Origin: Planctomycetota bacterium
GTDB taxonomy: Bacteria > Planctomycetota > Phycisphaerae > WQYP01
NCBI GenBank assembly: GCA_021785435.1
Contig: JAJYFE010000001.1
Coordinates: 9,497 to 73,496, forward strand
DNA length: 64,000 bases
Direction: 5' to 3'
Position numbers and translations under genes: made by a program. The notes under the pieces are model-generated. The model made no database searches and was not told the DNA's origin. It saw only the letters and a list, made by a program, of their open reading frames with translations. Positions 27,285 through 36,500 of the stretch are shown here, piece after piece (position 1 is the first letter of the stretch; the number at the start of each line of letters is the position of its first letter).

Positions 27285-28442
27285 ATGGTGGGAGTATGGG
27301 TGATGGCCGATGTCCCAAGCCGTCTGCGCGAAATCGATATCTGCTATTTCTGGTTCCAGACCGGAGAGCCGGAGGCAGCGCTGCGGCGGCTGTTCCGTGC
27401 CGATCAAATGCTGGTGGTAAGTTGCCCCGAGGCCTGCCCGCAATTGCTGGCCGATTTTGGCCGCGGCGGCGGGTTGAGGTTGCTTTATATATCCATTTAT
27501 AAAGCGCCACTCCTGGCGCAACTGCCGCCCGATGCGCCCGGCTGGAAGGGCGGCAGTCCCGCCCGCGCTTCCGCCGAACAGAATCCGTTCTGGCGCCAGG
27601 TGAACTTGCAGGGCCACCCGGAGTGGATACTTTACAGCACCGCGGGGCAGCCCCGCCGCCCGTTTGATGATCCCAACTACATGCCGGGCTGGCAGCGCAC
27701 CGCGCCGTCGGTGGCCCATTACCAGGAAGCGGTGGCCCGGGGTATCCAGGCCGTGGCGCAGGACGGACGTTTTGACGGCGTTTATCTGGATAATTTCATT
27801 CCAGGCCGCTGCGGCCAAGCCCTGCCGTGGCTGGTGCTTGACGACACCGGCCACTATAAGAATTGCCCGGTGGAGGTTTATACCGAAGCATTCTATGATT
27901 TAACCCGTCACCTGCGCCAACGCGGTCAGAGCGCCAGCCCCGCCGGAAAATATTTCTGGTTGGTCATCAACGGCGAATGCGACCCGCGTGCTCAGGCCTT
28001 GGCGGACAGCCTGGTGATCGAGAGTTTTATGTTTTCCTGGGCCTGGCCCGGATCCCGTTTAACCGACGCTGCGGCGCTGGAAAAGTTGGGGCAATTCGAA
28101 TCCCTCCGCGCCCGGGGCGGCCGACCGACCGTACTATGCTACTTTGGGTTCAGCGGCCATCCGCTGCGGCAGGATGCCACGCGGGTTCGTCGGGTGCTTC
28201 AGCAGGGCGATGCGATTTTCGCCGACATGCTTACCCTGGCCCGGCCGGCGCTGCTCTCCAGCTTCGCCCGCGCCAATCTTAAACAGTCGGGCCACGCCGG
28301 GCCGCCGGGGCCGAATCATCCCGCGGTGGCGGCGCTGGCCCATGAACTTCCCGGCGATCTGGAGCTGGCGCGGGAAATGTACAACGCCCCTTGGGCCGCG
28401 GTCCGCCGCCCGCGCCACTCACCCCCGCACGGAGAAGTTTGA
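27285..28442 (+). CDS. Hypothetical protein, possibly a GH114-like TIM-barrel glycosidase
   Basis: Weak match to the GH114 signature (FDGVYLDNF); assignment tentative. Confidence 0.4.
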   Translation: MVGVWVMADVPSRLREIDICYFWFQTGEPEAALRRLFRADQMLVVSCPEACPQLLADFGRGGGLRLLYISIYKAPLLAQLPPDAPGWKGGSPARASAEQNPFWRQVNLQGHPEWILYSTAGQPRRPFDDPNYMPGWQRTAPSVAHYQEAVARGIQAVAQDGRFDGVYLDNFIPGRCGQALPWLVLDDTGHYKNCPVEVYTEAFYDLTRHLRQRGQSASPAGKYFWLVINGECDPRAQALADSLVIESFMFSWAWPGSRLTDAAALEKLGQFESLRARGGRPTVLCYFGFSGHPLRQDATRVRRVLQQGDAIFADMLTLARPALLSSFARANLKQSGHAGPPGPNHPAVAALAHELPGDLELAREMYNAPWAAVRRPRHSPPHGEV

Positions 28443-28478
28443 CCCCGGCCCCTTCCGCCGGCCGGATGACGGGTGCGT

Positions 28479-29765
28479 TCACCGTTGATCCAGTGGCACA
28501 TAATGCTGATTGACGAGGCCGGTGTAAATTTGCCGCGGACGGGCGATTTTCGTGGTCGGATCATCGTGCTGCTCTTTCCAGTGCGCGATCCAACCCGGCA
28601 GCCGCCCGATGACGAACATGACGGTGAACATGTTGGTGGGAATACCCACCGCGCGAAGAATAATGCCGCTGTAAAAGTCCACATTGGGATAGAGTTTGCG
28701 CTCCACAAAATACGAATCGTTCAGCGCCAGCTCTTCCAGTTTCCGCGCGATATCCAGCAGCGGATCCTTTATCTTCAGCTTTTTGAGCACCTTCTCGCAG
28801 GTCTTCTGCAGGATTCTGGCCCGCGGATCATAATTTTTGTATACCCGATGGCCAAAGCCCATCAGTCGCACGTCACTGTCTTTATGTTTGGCCAGTTCGA
28901 TATACTTTTCCGCGGTCAGACCGCCCTGATGGATGCGTTCCAGCATTTCCAGCACGGCTACATTGGCCCCACCATGCCGTGGCCCCCAGAGAGCGCAGAC
29001 CCCGGCGGCGCAGCTGGCGAACAGATTCGCCTGACTGGAGCCGACCATCCGCACGGTGCTGGTCGAACAGTTCTGCTCATGATCCGCGTGCAGGATGAAA
29101 ATCAGGTTCATGGCGTCTTCAATCTCTTTGTCGATGACATGTTCGTCATACGGCATGGAAAACATCATGTGCAGGAGATTGGCGCAATAGCGCAAGCGGG
29201 GATTGGCGTAAATGTAGGGCAAGCCGCGCACCTTCCGATAGGTGAAGGCCGCGATGGTTCGGATTTTACTGATTAACCGGGCCGCCGCTTCCTCGGTCTC
29301 CTGATCATCACGCGGCAGAAATAACTCCGAATGGAAACAGCCAATGGTATTTATCATGGCGGAGGTAATGGCCATCGGTTGCGCCGTGGCCGGGAAGCCC
29401 TCGAAGTTGTGCTTCATCGCCTCATGCAGATGGGCGTTGTCCGTCAGGCGCATGCTGAAGCGAGCCAATTCCGCCTTTTTCGGCAAACGCCCGAAAATAA
29501 GCAGCCAGGCGACTTCAACAAAGTTGGGATGCTCGACGAATTCCTGGATCGGAATGCCGCGGTAGCGAAGAATGCCCTTTTCGCCGTCGATGTAAGTGAT
29601 GGCGCTTTGACACGACCCGGTGTTGCCGTAGCCCGGGTCCAGCGTAATTAAACCGGTGGCCGCGCGAAGACGGCTGATGTCCAGCGCCCGTTCGCCCTCG
29701 CTGCCGATGATCATCGGACATTCGCAGGTTTTGCCGTCAATCGAAATGGAAGTGGTCGAAGTCAT
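28479..29765 (-). CDS. gltA: Citrate synthase (type II, GltA)
   Basis: Full-length citrate synthase similarity including HADHEQN and MGFGHRVY catalytic blocks; start MTSTTSISIDG. Confidence 0.9.
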   Translation of the reverse strand: MTSTTSISIDGKTCECPMIIGSEGERALDISRLRAATGLITLDPGYGNTGSCQSAITYIDGEKGILRYRGIPIQEFVEHPNFVEVAWLLIFGRLPKKAELARFSMRLTDNAHLHEAMKHNFEGFPATAQPMAITSAMINTIGCFHSELFLPRDDQETEEAAARLISKIRTIAAFTYRKVRGLPYIYANPRLRYCANLLHMMFSMPYDEHVIDKEIEDAMNLIFILHADHEQNCSTSTVRMVGSSQANLFASCAAGVCALWGPRHGGANVAVLEMLERIHQGGLTAEKYIELAKHKDSDVRLMGFGHRVYKNYDPRARILQKTCEKVLKKLKIKDPLLDIARKLEELALNDSYFVERKLYPNVDFYSGIILRAVGIPTNMFTVMFVIGRLPGWIAHWKEQHDDPTTKIARPRQIYTGLVNQHYVPLDQR

Positions 29766-30055
29766 CGTCGCTCCTGAGTTTGTCGCGCAGCCCCAAAGGC
29801 ATTCTATATCATATTTCCGGCGCTGCGGCAACCGGCTCCTGGCGGAATGTTGTACCCGGGTGTGGTCGGATTTTTTGGCGAACGCTGTCCAGCAGCGATA
29901 GCACCAAGCCCCCCCAACGTCTTAGCGGCGGCATTCATGCCACTCGCGGGTATGTCCCCGCCTCAATATCCGGCCACCCCCCGCAACCTGATGCATAAGG
30001 GTGTGACCCAACGATTATGACCATGGTATGATATCCATGGTCAAGGAAGGTCCCT

Positions 30056-30217
30056 ATGAGAAGCATTGCGGCCGGGGTGTTTAAGACGCACTGTCTGGCG
30101 CTCAGGGACGTGGTTCGCACCAAGCGACAAAGCGTCGTGATTACCAAAGGTGGACGGCCGATCAGCCAAGCTGACGCCGTTGGGCGGCAAGCCCGATGAT
30201 ATACTACACAGCCCGTA
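30056..30217 (+). pseudogene. Orphan Phd/YefM-family antitoxin remnant, apparently frameshifted or truncated, with no toxin partner
   Basis: MRSIAAGVFKTHCLALRDVVRTKRQSVVITKGGRPI matches the Phd/YefM N-terminus. Frame 0 ends prematurely at 30199, while a +1 shift continues AKLTPLGGKPDDILHSPY* to 30217. Confidence 0.5.
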
Positions 30218-30239
30218 TTGAGACGTACCTTTCGTCAGA

Positions 30240-30268
30240 GTAGAAGCGGCGTCGCGCCGCTTTTCTTG
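30240..30268 (+). terminator. Rho-independent terminator (AAGCGGCG-TCG-CGCCGCTT followed by TTCTT)
   Basis: Perfect 8-bp GC-rich stem plus a T-rich tail, seen directly. Confidence 0.6.
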
Positions 30269-30306
30269 GGCCAGATGCACGCTGGCCTGGCCTCTGGAAT
30301 GCATCA

Positions 30307-31521
30307 TTAATAGCCGTGTGCGGTATGCCTACGGGTCTCGACCATTTCCACCAATTGCCAATAAATCGCGCTCTGCATAATTCCAGAAATGGGCAGGACC
30401 TTGACGTCATAGCCTTTCAACTTGAGCAACGCATCATCCACCGCCCAATAAGGATTCAGGTAGATGTGGCGGGGATTGGTGGTGAACGAAGCCGGCGGCG
30501 GGACGCTGCAGGTGAGGATGCAGGCGCCGCCGCCGCGGAGAATCGAATCGATGGGCGGTTCGTTGAAGAGTTGATAACCGAGAACCAGCGCTGTGTCGCC
30601 GGGACCCGATGGCACGGGCGGATGGGCCGACTGAAACCAGGGGGGAGTAGGCCCATTGCGCATCTCGGCGGGAAACATGTGGGCTTCGTATAACACGTCA
30701 ATGGTATGACCGGAACGATGGGCCGCACGGATCCACCGCGCGGCACGCCAGAGGCCACGGCGATCATGGCGCCAGACTTGGCGCAAAGCTGCCGCCACGC
30801 CGGTGAGATAGCGCTGGCCCAGATTCGCGGCGGACGCCGGCGTAACGGTGCTGCGCTGTTGAAAGGCGGCGCCCATCAGTTTAGCGTCGCGTGCCCGCCC
30901 GCCAGGTCGGCCATAGCTTTGATACATGTTGGGCATCCGGCCGTCGTCCACACAGGCTGTGATAAATTCAGCCGTCCAAGCCCACATTCCGATGACGTTA
31001 CTGACGGATGTGGTGCGGATGGACGGGCGCCCTGACTTCCATGTCCCGGGGGCCGTGGACCGCGGGTAAACAGCAGCGAACCGCGCCGGCGGATTCGCCG
31101 GCGGGATACCGGTAAAGAAAATCACGACGCTGTGGGCTTCACGTGCTTTAAGGAGCAGACGGGTCAGCGCCGGTCCCGGCGTGGGGCGTGCGGCTGCCGC
31201 CAGGACTGTGTCCTTCGGACCCAGCACGGTCCCCGGATGATAGGACTTTATCAGCATCAGCCCGCCGGAACGGCCAACGGCCTCCGCGACAAAACTTTGT
31301 TGGCCGCCGGCCACGTACAAATGACCGCCGTGGATGACTTTGCTTGCGGCCTGTTTGGCCGTTGTTTGCAGAGCGGGTAAGGCGGCGCGCCATTGCCCAA
31401 CTCGGTGCAGCAGGCGGGGAATATAAGCTGCAGCGCCCCCGGAGCCGCGCGCCGTGCTGGCCAGCCAGAGCATGGTCCCAACGACCAAGGTGGCCGATAA
31501 AATCCATTTCAAATGCTTCAT
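30307..31521 (-). CDS. Hypothetical secreted protein (signal peptide MKHLKWILSATLVVGTMLWLASTARG)
   Basis: ORF with an N-terminal signal peptide when started at M98; no family recognised. Confidence 0.45.
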   Translation of the reverse strand: MKHLKWILSATLVVGTMLWLASTARGSGGAAAYIPRLLHRVGQWRAALPALQTTAKQAASKVIHGGHLYVAGGQQSFVAEAVGRSGGLMLIKSYHPGTVLGPKDTVLAAAARPTPGPALTRLLLKAREAHSVVIFFTGIPPANPPARFAAVYPRSTAPGTWKSGRPSIRTTSVSNVIGMWAWTAEFITACVDDGRMPNMYQSYGRPGGRARDAKLMGAAFQQRSTVTPASAANLGQRYLTGVAAALRQVWRHDRRGLWRAARWIRAAHRSGHTIDVLYEAHMFPAEMRNGPTPPWFQSAHPPVPSGPGDTALVLGYQLFNEPPIDSILRGGGACILTCSVPPPASFTTNPRHIYLNPYWAVDDALLKLKGYDVKVLPISGIMQSAIYWQLVEMVETRRHTAHGY

Positions 31522-31808
31522 ATCCGCCACCGCATGATAACCGCCGCTGGCTACCGCCGGTTTTCGCCGCCCCGCTTCGCGCCGGGCCACCGCTGCCACC
31601 GCCGATATGTGTCCCGCCTTATCGTATGCGGGACCATCGCAATCGAAAATCAGACCGCGAACCTCCCGCGGCGGTTCCGCTTCCGGGTCGGTCAGCCAGG
31701 GCCGGGCGACTTCTCGTCCACCGCGGCGGATTTCCGGTTCGGGATGGGAGGTTTCTGGAAGCATCTTAATTGGGATTCCCACCGCCTTGTCCAAAGCCGC
31801 CGTGTCTA

Positions 31809-32030
31809 TCACTTCTCAAATGCATCGGGAGTAAGACCGGCTTGGTTGAGGATGCTCCGCAGGGTGCCGCGTGGCACGTCACGCGAATGGCGCGGCACGA
31901 TCACAATTCGTGTCCCGACGGGGCTCACCTTCATGAACTTAACGTGGCTGCCTTTTTGGCTGATTTCAACAAAGCCGGCCGAATGTAGCTTGCGGCGTAT
32001 CTGGCGATAGGGGGTTGGGCTAAGCCGCCA
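31809..32030 (-). CDS. hicA: HicA-family toxin (mRNA interferase); no canonical ATG (possible CTG start at 32030) or N-terminally decayed
   Basis: By-eye translation gives ...YRQIRRKLHSAGFVEISQKGSHVKFMKVSPVGTRIVIVPRHSRDVPRGTLRSILNQAGL, matching the HicA consensus (GSH..., ...IP.GTLRSIL+QAGL). Stop TGA at 31809-31811; overlaps the hicB stop. Confidence 0.6.
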   Translation of the reverse strand, partial: WRLSPTPYRQIRRKLHSAGFVEISQKGSHVKFMKVSPVGTRIVIVPRHSRDVPRGTLRSILNQAGLTPDAFEK

Positions 32031-32223
32031 GCTCCGCCTCCACCTGGGTCAGTTTGGGCATAATTGTAGCGGTCGGCGCCTCAAAATACAGTTCCAGCGC
32101 CTCCCGCAAATTGCGCAGGGCTTCTGCCTCGCTGTGGCCGTGGCTGGCGACATCCACTTCCACGCACTGGGCGATGATCCATTTACCTTCCTTCCAAGTG
32201 CGGGCGGCGAACGTATGTTTCAT
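32020..32223 (-). CDS. hicB: HicB-family antitoxin (UPF0150)
   Basis: KEGKWIIAQCVEVDVASHGHSEAEALRNLREALELYFE matches the HicB RNase-H-like fold consensus. Confidence 0.7.
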   Translation of the reverse strand: MKHTFAARTWKEGKWIIAQCVEVDVASHGHSEAEALRNLREALELYFEAPTATIMPKLTQVEAELAA

Positions 32224-32260
32224 GTAGGGCCTCCTGTCGAACCCGGAATATTATAACGTT

Positions 32261-34393
32261 CTAATGCACCCGCTGGCCCGGGGTGGCGTTTGATTCCACG
32301 GACAGCAACGCGAGATCCGTCCCACCGGCGCCCGCCGCCAGGATCATTCCATCGCTGACGCCGAATTTCATTTTCCGGGGCGCCAGATTGGCGCACACAA
32401 TCACCTGCCGACCCACCAACTGCTCTGCCGAATACGCCTTTTTTATCCCCGCCAGCACCGTGCGACGGCCCAAGGCCCCGAGATCCAGTTCCAACCGCAT
32501 AAGTTTTTCGCTGGCTTGCACCGGCTCGGCGGAAAGCACCCGGGCCACGCGCAAATCCACCGCGTTAAATTGTTCGATGGTACAGGTGGCAGCCAGTGGC
32601 TCCGCCGTCACCGGGGCCTGGGCGATGGCCGACGGCGCGCCCGTTGGCCCCAAGGGAGATTTCGGTGACTCGTTCCCGGCGCGCCAGGACCCGCCTGAGG
32701 TGGGGCGATCCGACGTTGCCGCCACCGGCCCCGCGACCGCGGCGGGTGCCACAGGGGTTTGATTTTCCCGCACCATAACCTCAATCTTCCTTTCTTCGAT
32801 GCGCCCCGCCAAATGTTCAAATGGCGCCAGACGCCGCGGCGAAAGAACCTGCTCCACGTCAGCCCACGCCAACGGACCAAGCCCCAAACATTGTTCCACC
32901 TTTTCCGCGAACCGCGGCAGGATCGGCTTCAAATAAATCGTCAGGATTCGCCCGCATTCCAGCGCCGTTGACCATACGCTTCGCGCGGCCTCGGGGGCGG
33001 TTTTCACCATCGACCAGGGCGCCTGTTCTTCGACATATTTATTAGCCATATCCGCCAGCGCGCAAATCCGCCGGGTGACACCCGCGTAATTCCGATTTTC
33101 ATAGTCGGTGGCGATTTCCGGCGCCGCGGTGCGAAAATCCGCCAGCATCGCGCCCGCCGCCGGAGCCGCCGCGCCGCTGCGCCCTTCCAGCAACTTGGCC
33201 AGCGGCCCGGCGGCGCGGCTGATCAGATTGGCCAGTTTTCCCACCAGTTCGCTGTTGACCCGCGCTATAAAGTCGCCGAAATGTAGATCGATATCCGCCG
33301 GTGTTGCCGTCAGGCGCGTGGCGAAATAATAACGCAACGCCTGGGGGTCCAGATGGCGGGCGTATTGCTCGGCGCTGATAAACGTGCCGCGGCTTTTCGA
33401 CATCTTGCCGCCGTTGATGGTCAAGTGCCCATGTACGCATAACTTTCCCGGCGGCGGCAGGCCGGCGCCCAGCAGCATCGCGGGCCAGAACAAGGCGTGA
33501 AAATAGATAATGTCCTTGCCGATGAAGTGATAAGTTTCCCGGCCTGGCGCCCGCCAAAAATCCTCCGCCTCCGCCGGCTCCGCCCGCAGATAATGGGCCA
33601 GCGAGGCCAAGTAGCCGATGGGTGCGTCGAGCCAGTTGTAGAAATATTTTTCCGTCTGGCCTGGGATCGGGAAACCGAAAAAGGGCGCATCCCGCGAAAT
33701 GTCCCAATCTTTCAACCGGTCGCCAAACCATTCCTGGAGTTTGTTGGCCACCGCGGCGTCGACCATGCCCCCGCGGATCAACCCGCCCAGCTGGTCCCGA
33801 AAATCCTCCAGTTGCAGGAATAGGTGGGGGCTGGATTTGCGCCGCGGTGTTGCTCCACTGACCACGCTGCGCGGATCGATCAAGTCGGTGGGGGCATAAT
33901 GTTTTCCGCAGGCATCGCAGGAATCCCCGTATTGATCCGCCGCGCCGCAGGCCGGACATGTTCCTTTGATGAAACGGTCGGGCAGAAAAATGTTTTCCAC
34001 CGGATCAAAAAACTGCTCCACCGGGCGCTGCGCGATGTGACCGCCCTGGCGCAGGCGCTCATAGAACCGTTCGCACAAAACGCGATTTTCAGGTGAATGC
34101 GTGGAATAGTAACTGTCGAAAACGATGTCAAAACGGGCGAAGTCCGCCTGGTGCTCCTGGTTCATCCGGGCGATGAATTGCTCGGGCGCCAGTTTTTCCT
34201 GCCGGGCCCGCAGCATGATGGGCGTGCCGTGCGCGTCGTCGCCACAAAGATACACGACATCATGGCCGCGCAGGCGTTGAAAACGCACCCAGATATCGGC
34301 CTGAATATAACCGACGAGATGGCCGATATGAATAGCACCGTTGGCGTAAGGCAACGCCGACGTAACCAGAATTTGTCGCTTGGCCAGGGCCAT
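32261..34393 (-). CDS. metG: Methionine--tRNA ligase with a C-terminal tRNA-binding (EMAP/Trbp111-like) domain
   Basis: HIGH motif (AIHIGHLVGY), KMSKS motif, zinc knuckles CPACGAAD...CDACG and C-terminal OB-fold. Confidence 0.9.
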   Translation of the reverse strand: MALAKRQILVTSALPYANGAIHIGHLVGYIQADIWVRFQRLRGHDVVYLCGDDAHGTPIMLRARQEKLAPEQFIARMNQEHQADFARFDIVFDSYYSTHSPENRVLCERFYERLRQGGHIAQRPVEQFFDPVENIFLPDRFIKGTCPACGAADQYGDSCDACGKHYAPTDLIDPRSVVSGATPRRKSSPHLFLQLEDFRDQLGGLIRGGMVDAAVANKLQEWFGDRLKDWDISRDAPFFGFPIPGQTEKYFYNWLDAPIGYLASLAHYLRAEPAEAEDFWRAPGRETYHFIGKDIIYFHALFWPAMLLGAGLPPPGKLCVHGHLTINGGKMSKSRGTFISAEQYARHLDPQALRYYFATRLTATPADIDLHFGDFIARVNSELVGKLANLISRAAGPLAKLLEGRSGAAAPAAGAMLADFRTAAPEIATDYENRNYAGVTRRICALADMANKYVEEQAPWSMVKTAPEAARSVWSTALECGRILTIYLKPILPRFAEKVEQCLGLGPLAWADVEQVLSPRRLAPFEHLAGRIEERKIEVMVRENQTPVAPAAVAGPVAATSDRPTSGGSWRAGNESPKSPLGPTGAPSAIAQAPVTAEPLAATCTIEQFNAVDLRVARVLSAEPVQASEKLMRLELDLGALGRRTVLAGIKKAYSAEQLVGRQVIVCANLAPRKMKFGVSDGMILAAGAGGTDLALLSVESNATPGQRVH

Positions 34394-34511
34394 CCGCCGC
34401 TCCGCATCCCGGGGAAACGATGCATTGTAACGCCCGCGCTCCGAGGAGCAACGCGGCGGTTGCGGTAGTGCCCCCTAATCCCGCGGCGCAGTTCCCTGGG
34501 GCTGTGACAAG

Positions 34512-34565
34512 TTGTTCCTGGTTCCCGCTCTTGCTCCCGCTCCCGCCCTTGATTGAGGGCTTTCG
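34512..34565. repeat. Fifth, diverged copy (opposite orientation) of the long-stem hairpin element, about 120 bp upstream of the metG start
   Basis: The reverse complement reads CTCCTGATCGAAAGCCCTCAATCAAGGGCGGGAGCGGGAGCAAGAGC, matching CTCCTGATCGAAAGGCCCTCGATCAAGAGCAGGAGCAGGAGC. Confidence 0.7.
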
Positions 34566-35146
34566 ATCAGGAGCATGACCGGCAGCGCGAGCAAGAACGG
34601 CGATGATGCCATCGCTCCCGTTTAGCGGTCAGTCCCGATCCGCGGATCGGGACTGGATTTTCAGGGCAGTTCCTCATGCCCCTACGGAGCACCTGCAGAG
34701 CATGAAAATCGGTCCAATCCGGTGCCCGGCGGTCCCGACACATCGGGATAGCCGGTGCTGTTGAGTCAGGAGACAAAATCCCGATGCGGCAGGAGACGCC
34801 CATCGGGTTCCCTATCGCCGCTGCTGATTCATCACCGCGCCACGGCGCCACGACGGACGGACGATTTACTCCCGATAGCCCCGGTGGACACACTCCAATG
34901 TGCTGTGTTTTTATGTAGTAGGCACACTCCGATGTGCCGTAGGCCTCGCCTTCCCGCCGGTCCAAACGGGCTTGTGGCCCGACGGCATGTAGGATCATGC
35001 CTGCTACGTTGCGCCGTTGGCATCCCGCTTCGCGTCGTCGCGGCTTTGCGTGACAGCGTCCGCGATCCCATGATTCATTCCGCGTTCCTACTAAGAAAAA
35101 TCGCCACGCCCGCCCCGAAAGCCGCGGGCAAGGGGGCGGAGCGCGG

Positions 35147-35460
35147 CTCAGAAAAGCATGTTGAAGCCGGCCGTCCGGAAGTGCCGGTCGTTGGTGAAGG
35201 CGTCCGTTATACCGAGGCGGCGCATGACGGCGAAGGAGACATGGTCGGCAATGCCGGCACCCGTTGCGCCACCGTTCTCGTAGGCCGCCCAAGCCGTCTC
35301 CTAATCTTCGGTCCGGGGCGTTAGCAGGCGCCCCGAGGCACCCAACGCCTTTCGGGCCTGGGCGACCAAGCCGCGGTAGGCCCGCCGGGCCGCGGCGTGC
35401 CATGGGTCGATCCGGTCCCACTGTGCCAGCAACCCCACGGTGTCCAAGAAGACGACACTC
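35147..35460 (-). pseudogene. VapC-like PIN-domain toxin pseudogene (in-frame TAG at 35301-35303)
   Basis: N-terminal part MSVVFLDTVGLLAQWD... and C-terminal part ...IADHVSFAVMRRLGITDAFTNDRHFRTAGFNMLF are PIN-like, separated by an in-frame amber codon. The middle is shortened and the conserved Glu is missing. Confidence 0.55.
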
Positions 35461-35675
35461 ATGGTTGGTGCTCATTGTGGCGTTGGGACACGTCGGTTTC
35501 TCCGGAAGCCAAGGACTGCCCCAGCGATTCGTAGATGCGTTGCTGCGCCGCGCGGTCGGCCTGGTCGTCGTCGAGCACCCTCAGGTCAAACGCCACGCGT
35601 GACCGGTCCGGAAGGAAGGCCGAGCCGTTCCAACGGACGAAAGATGCCGTTTTCATAAATTGCTTGAATCGTCAT
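35459..35675 (-). pseudogene. DUF104 (AF2212-PG-type) VapB-like antitoxin pseudogene (frameshifted)
   Basis: MTIQAIYENGIFRPLERLGLP is the DUF104 N-terminal consensus, preceded by GGAGG. The frame breaks at about 35590 and continues as ...VAFDLRVLDDDQAD... in another frame. Confidence 0.55.
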
Positions 35676-36039
35676 ACTTCGGCCTCCGCGCCTACCGGCG
35701 GGGCGGCGGTCCGGCCGTCCCTCATTAATATAATACGGAGCATCGGTGGCATCCGCAGTCAGGGCCTGCGCAAGCCCGGGACGTGACAATTTTTTGCAGA
35801 GGGCCGAACACTATGCCACAGGCACGTAAGATTGGAACCATCGCGGCTGGGGCCAGCGGACCGCCCCTTGGGGGGCGGCCTTCCAGGCGGCCATGGTCTT
35901 GGATCGAGTCGGGCCGATCGCCCCAGTTTACCCGCTGCCGCGGGGCGACTCGCTGCGGTGAGATGCCCGACCCCAGGGGGCCTTTCAACCATCTCTCAAT
36001 CTTGAAACGCGCGGCATACCCCGAAAAATGATCCCACCA

Positions 36040-36500
36040 CCGCATTTGCGACGGCCACTTGACACTTGACATGCGGCTCGCTAGGATGTATTGTTGTTAT
36101 CGTTAACAGACCAATAGGTGACGTTAACATATAGAGTGTGGCCGGTCCTGGAAACGGCGGCCTAAGAGGCTCTTGATCATGCCGGTGACGCTTCGCGACA
36201 TTGCGGATAAAGTCGGGGGCTGCATGATGATGGTGTCGCGGTACGGCGACACCGCCCGATTTGCGACGGGATTGGAACCGGCACTTAACACTTGACATAC
36301 GGCTCGCTAAGATGTATTGTTGTTATCGTTAACAGACCAATAGGTGACGTTAACATAGAGAATGTGGCCAGTCCCGGAAACGGCGGCCTAAGAGGCTCTT
36401 AATCATGCCGGTGACGCTTCGCGACATTGCGGATAAAGTCGGGGTCTCCATGATGACGGTGTCGCGCTCCCTGAACGGTGAAGCGCCGTCGATGGTTTCG
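36040..36500 (+). repeat. Tandem direct duplication (roughly 229 bp, two copies) covering the promoter, operator, RBS and first roughly 20 codons of the LacI-family regulator
   Basis: CACTTGACA(T/C)(G/A)CGGCTCGCTA(G/A)GATGTATTGTTGTTATCGTTAACAGACCAATAGGTGACGTTAACAT...ATGCCGGTGACGCTTCGCGACATTGCGGATAAAGTCGGGG occurs at about 36055 and about 36284. Confidence 0.85.
36292..36334 (+). promoter_or_regulatory. Sigma70-like promoter (TTGACA-17-TATTGT) with an overlapping LacI-type palindromic operator TGTTATCGTTAACA
   Basis: -35 at 36292-36297, -10 at 36315-36320, operator at 36321-36334; a duplicate is at 36066-36107. Confidence 0.5.

Noticed and set aside
33099-33959. 286-aa minus-strand alternative-frame ORF inside metG
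   Set aside because: Off-frame overlap of methionyl-tRNA synthetase; Arg/Gly-rich.
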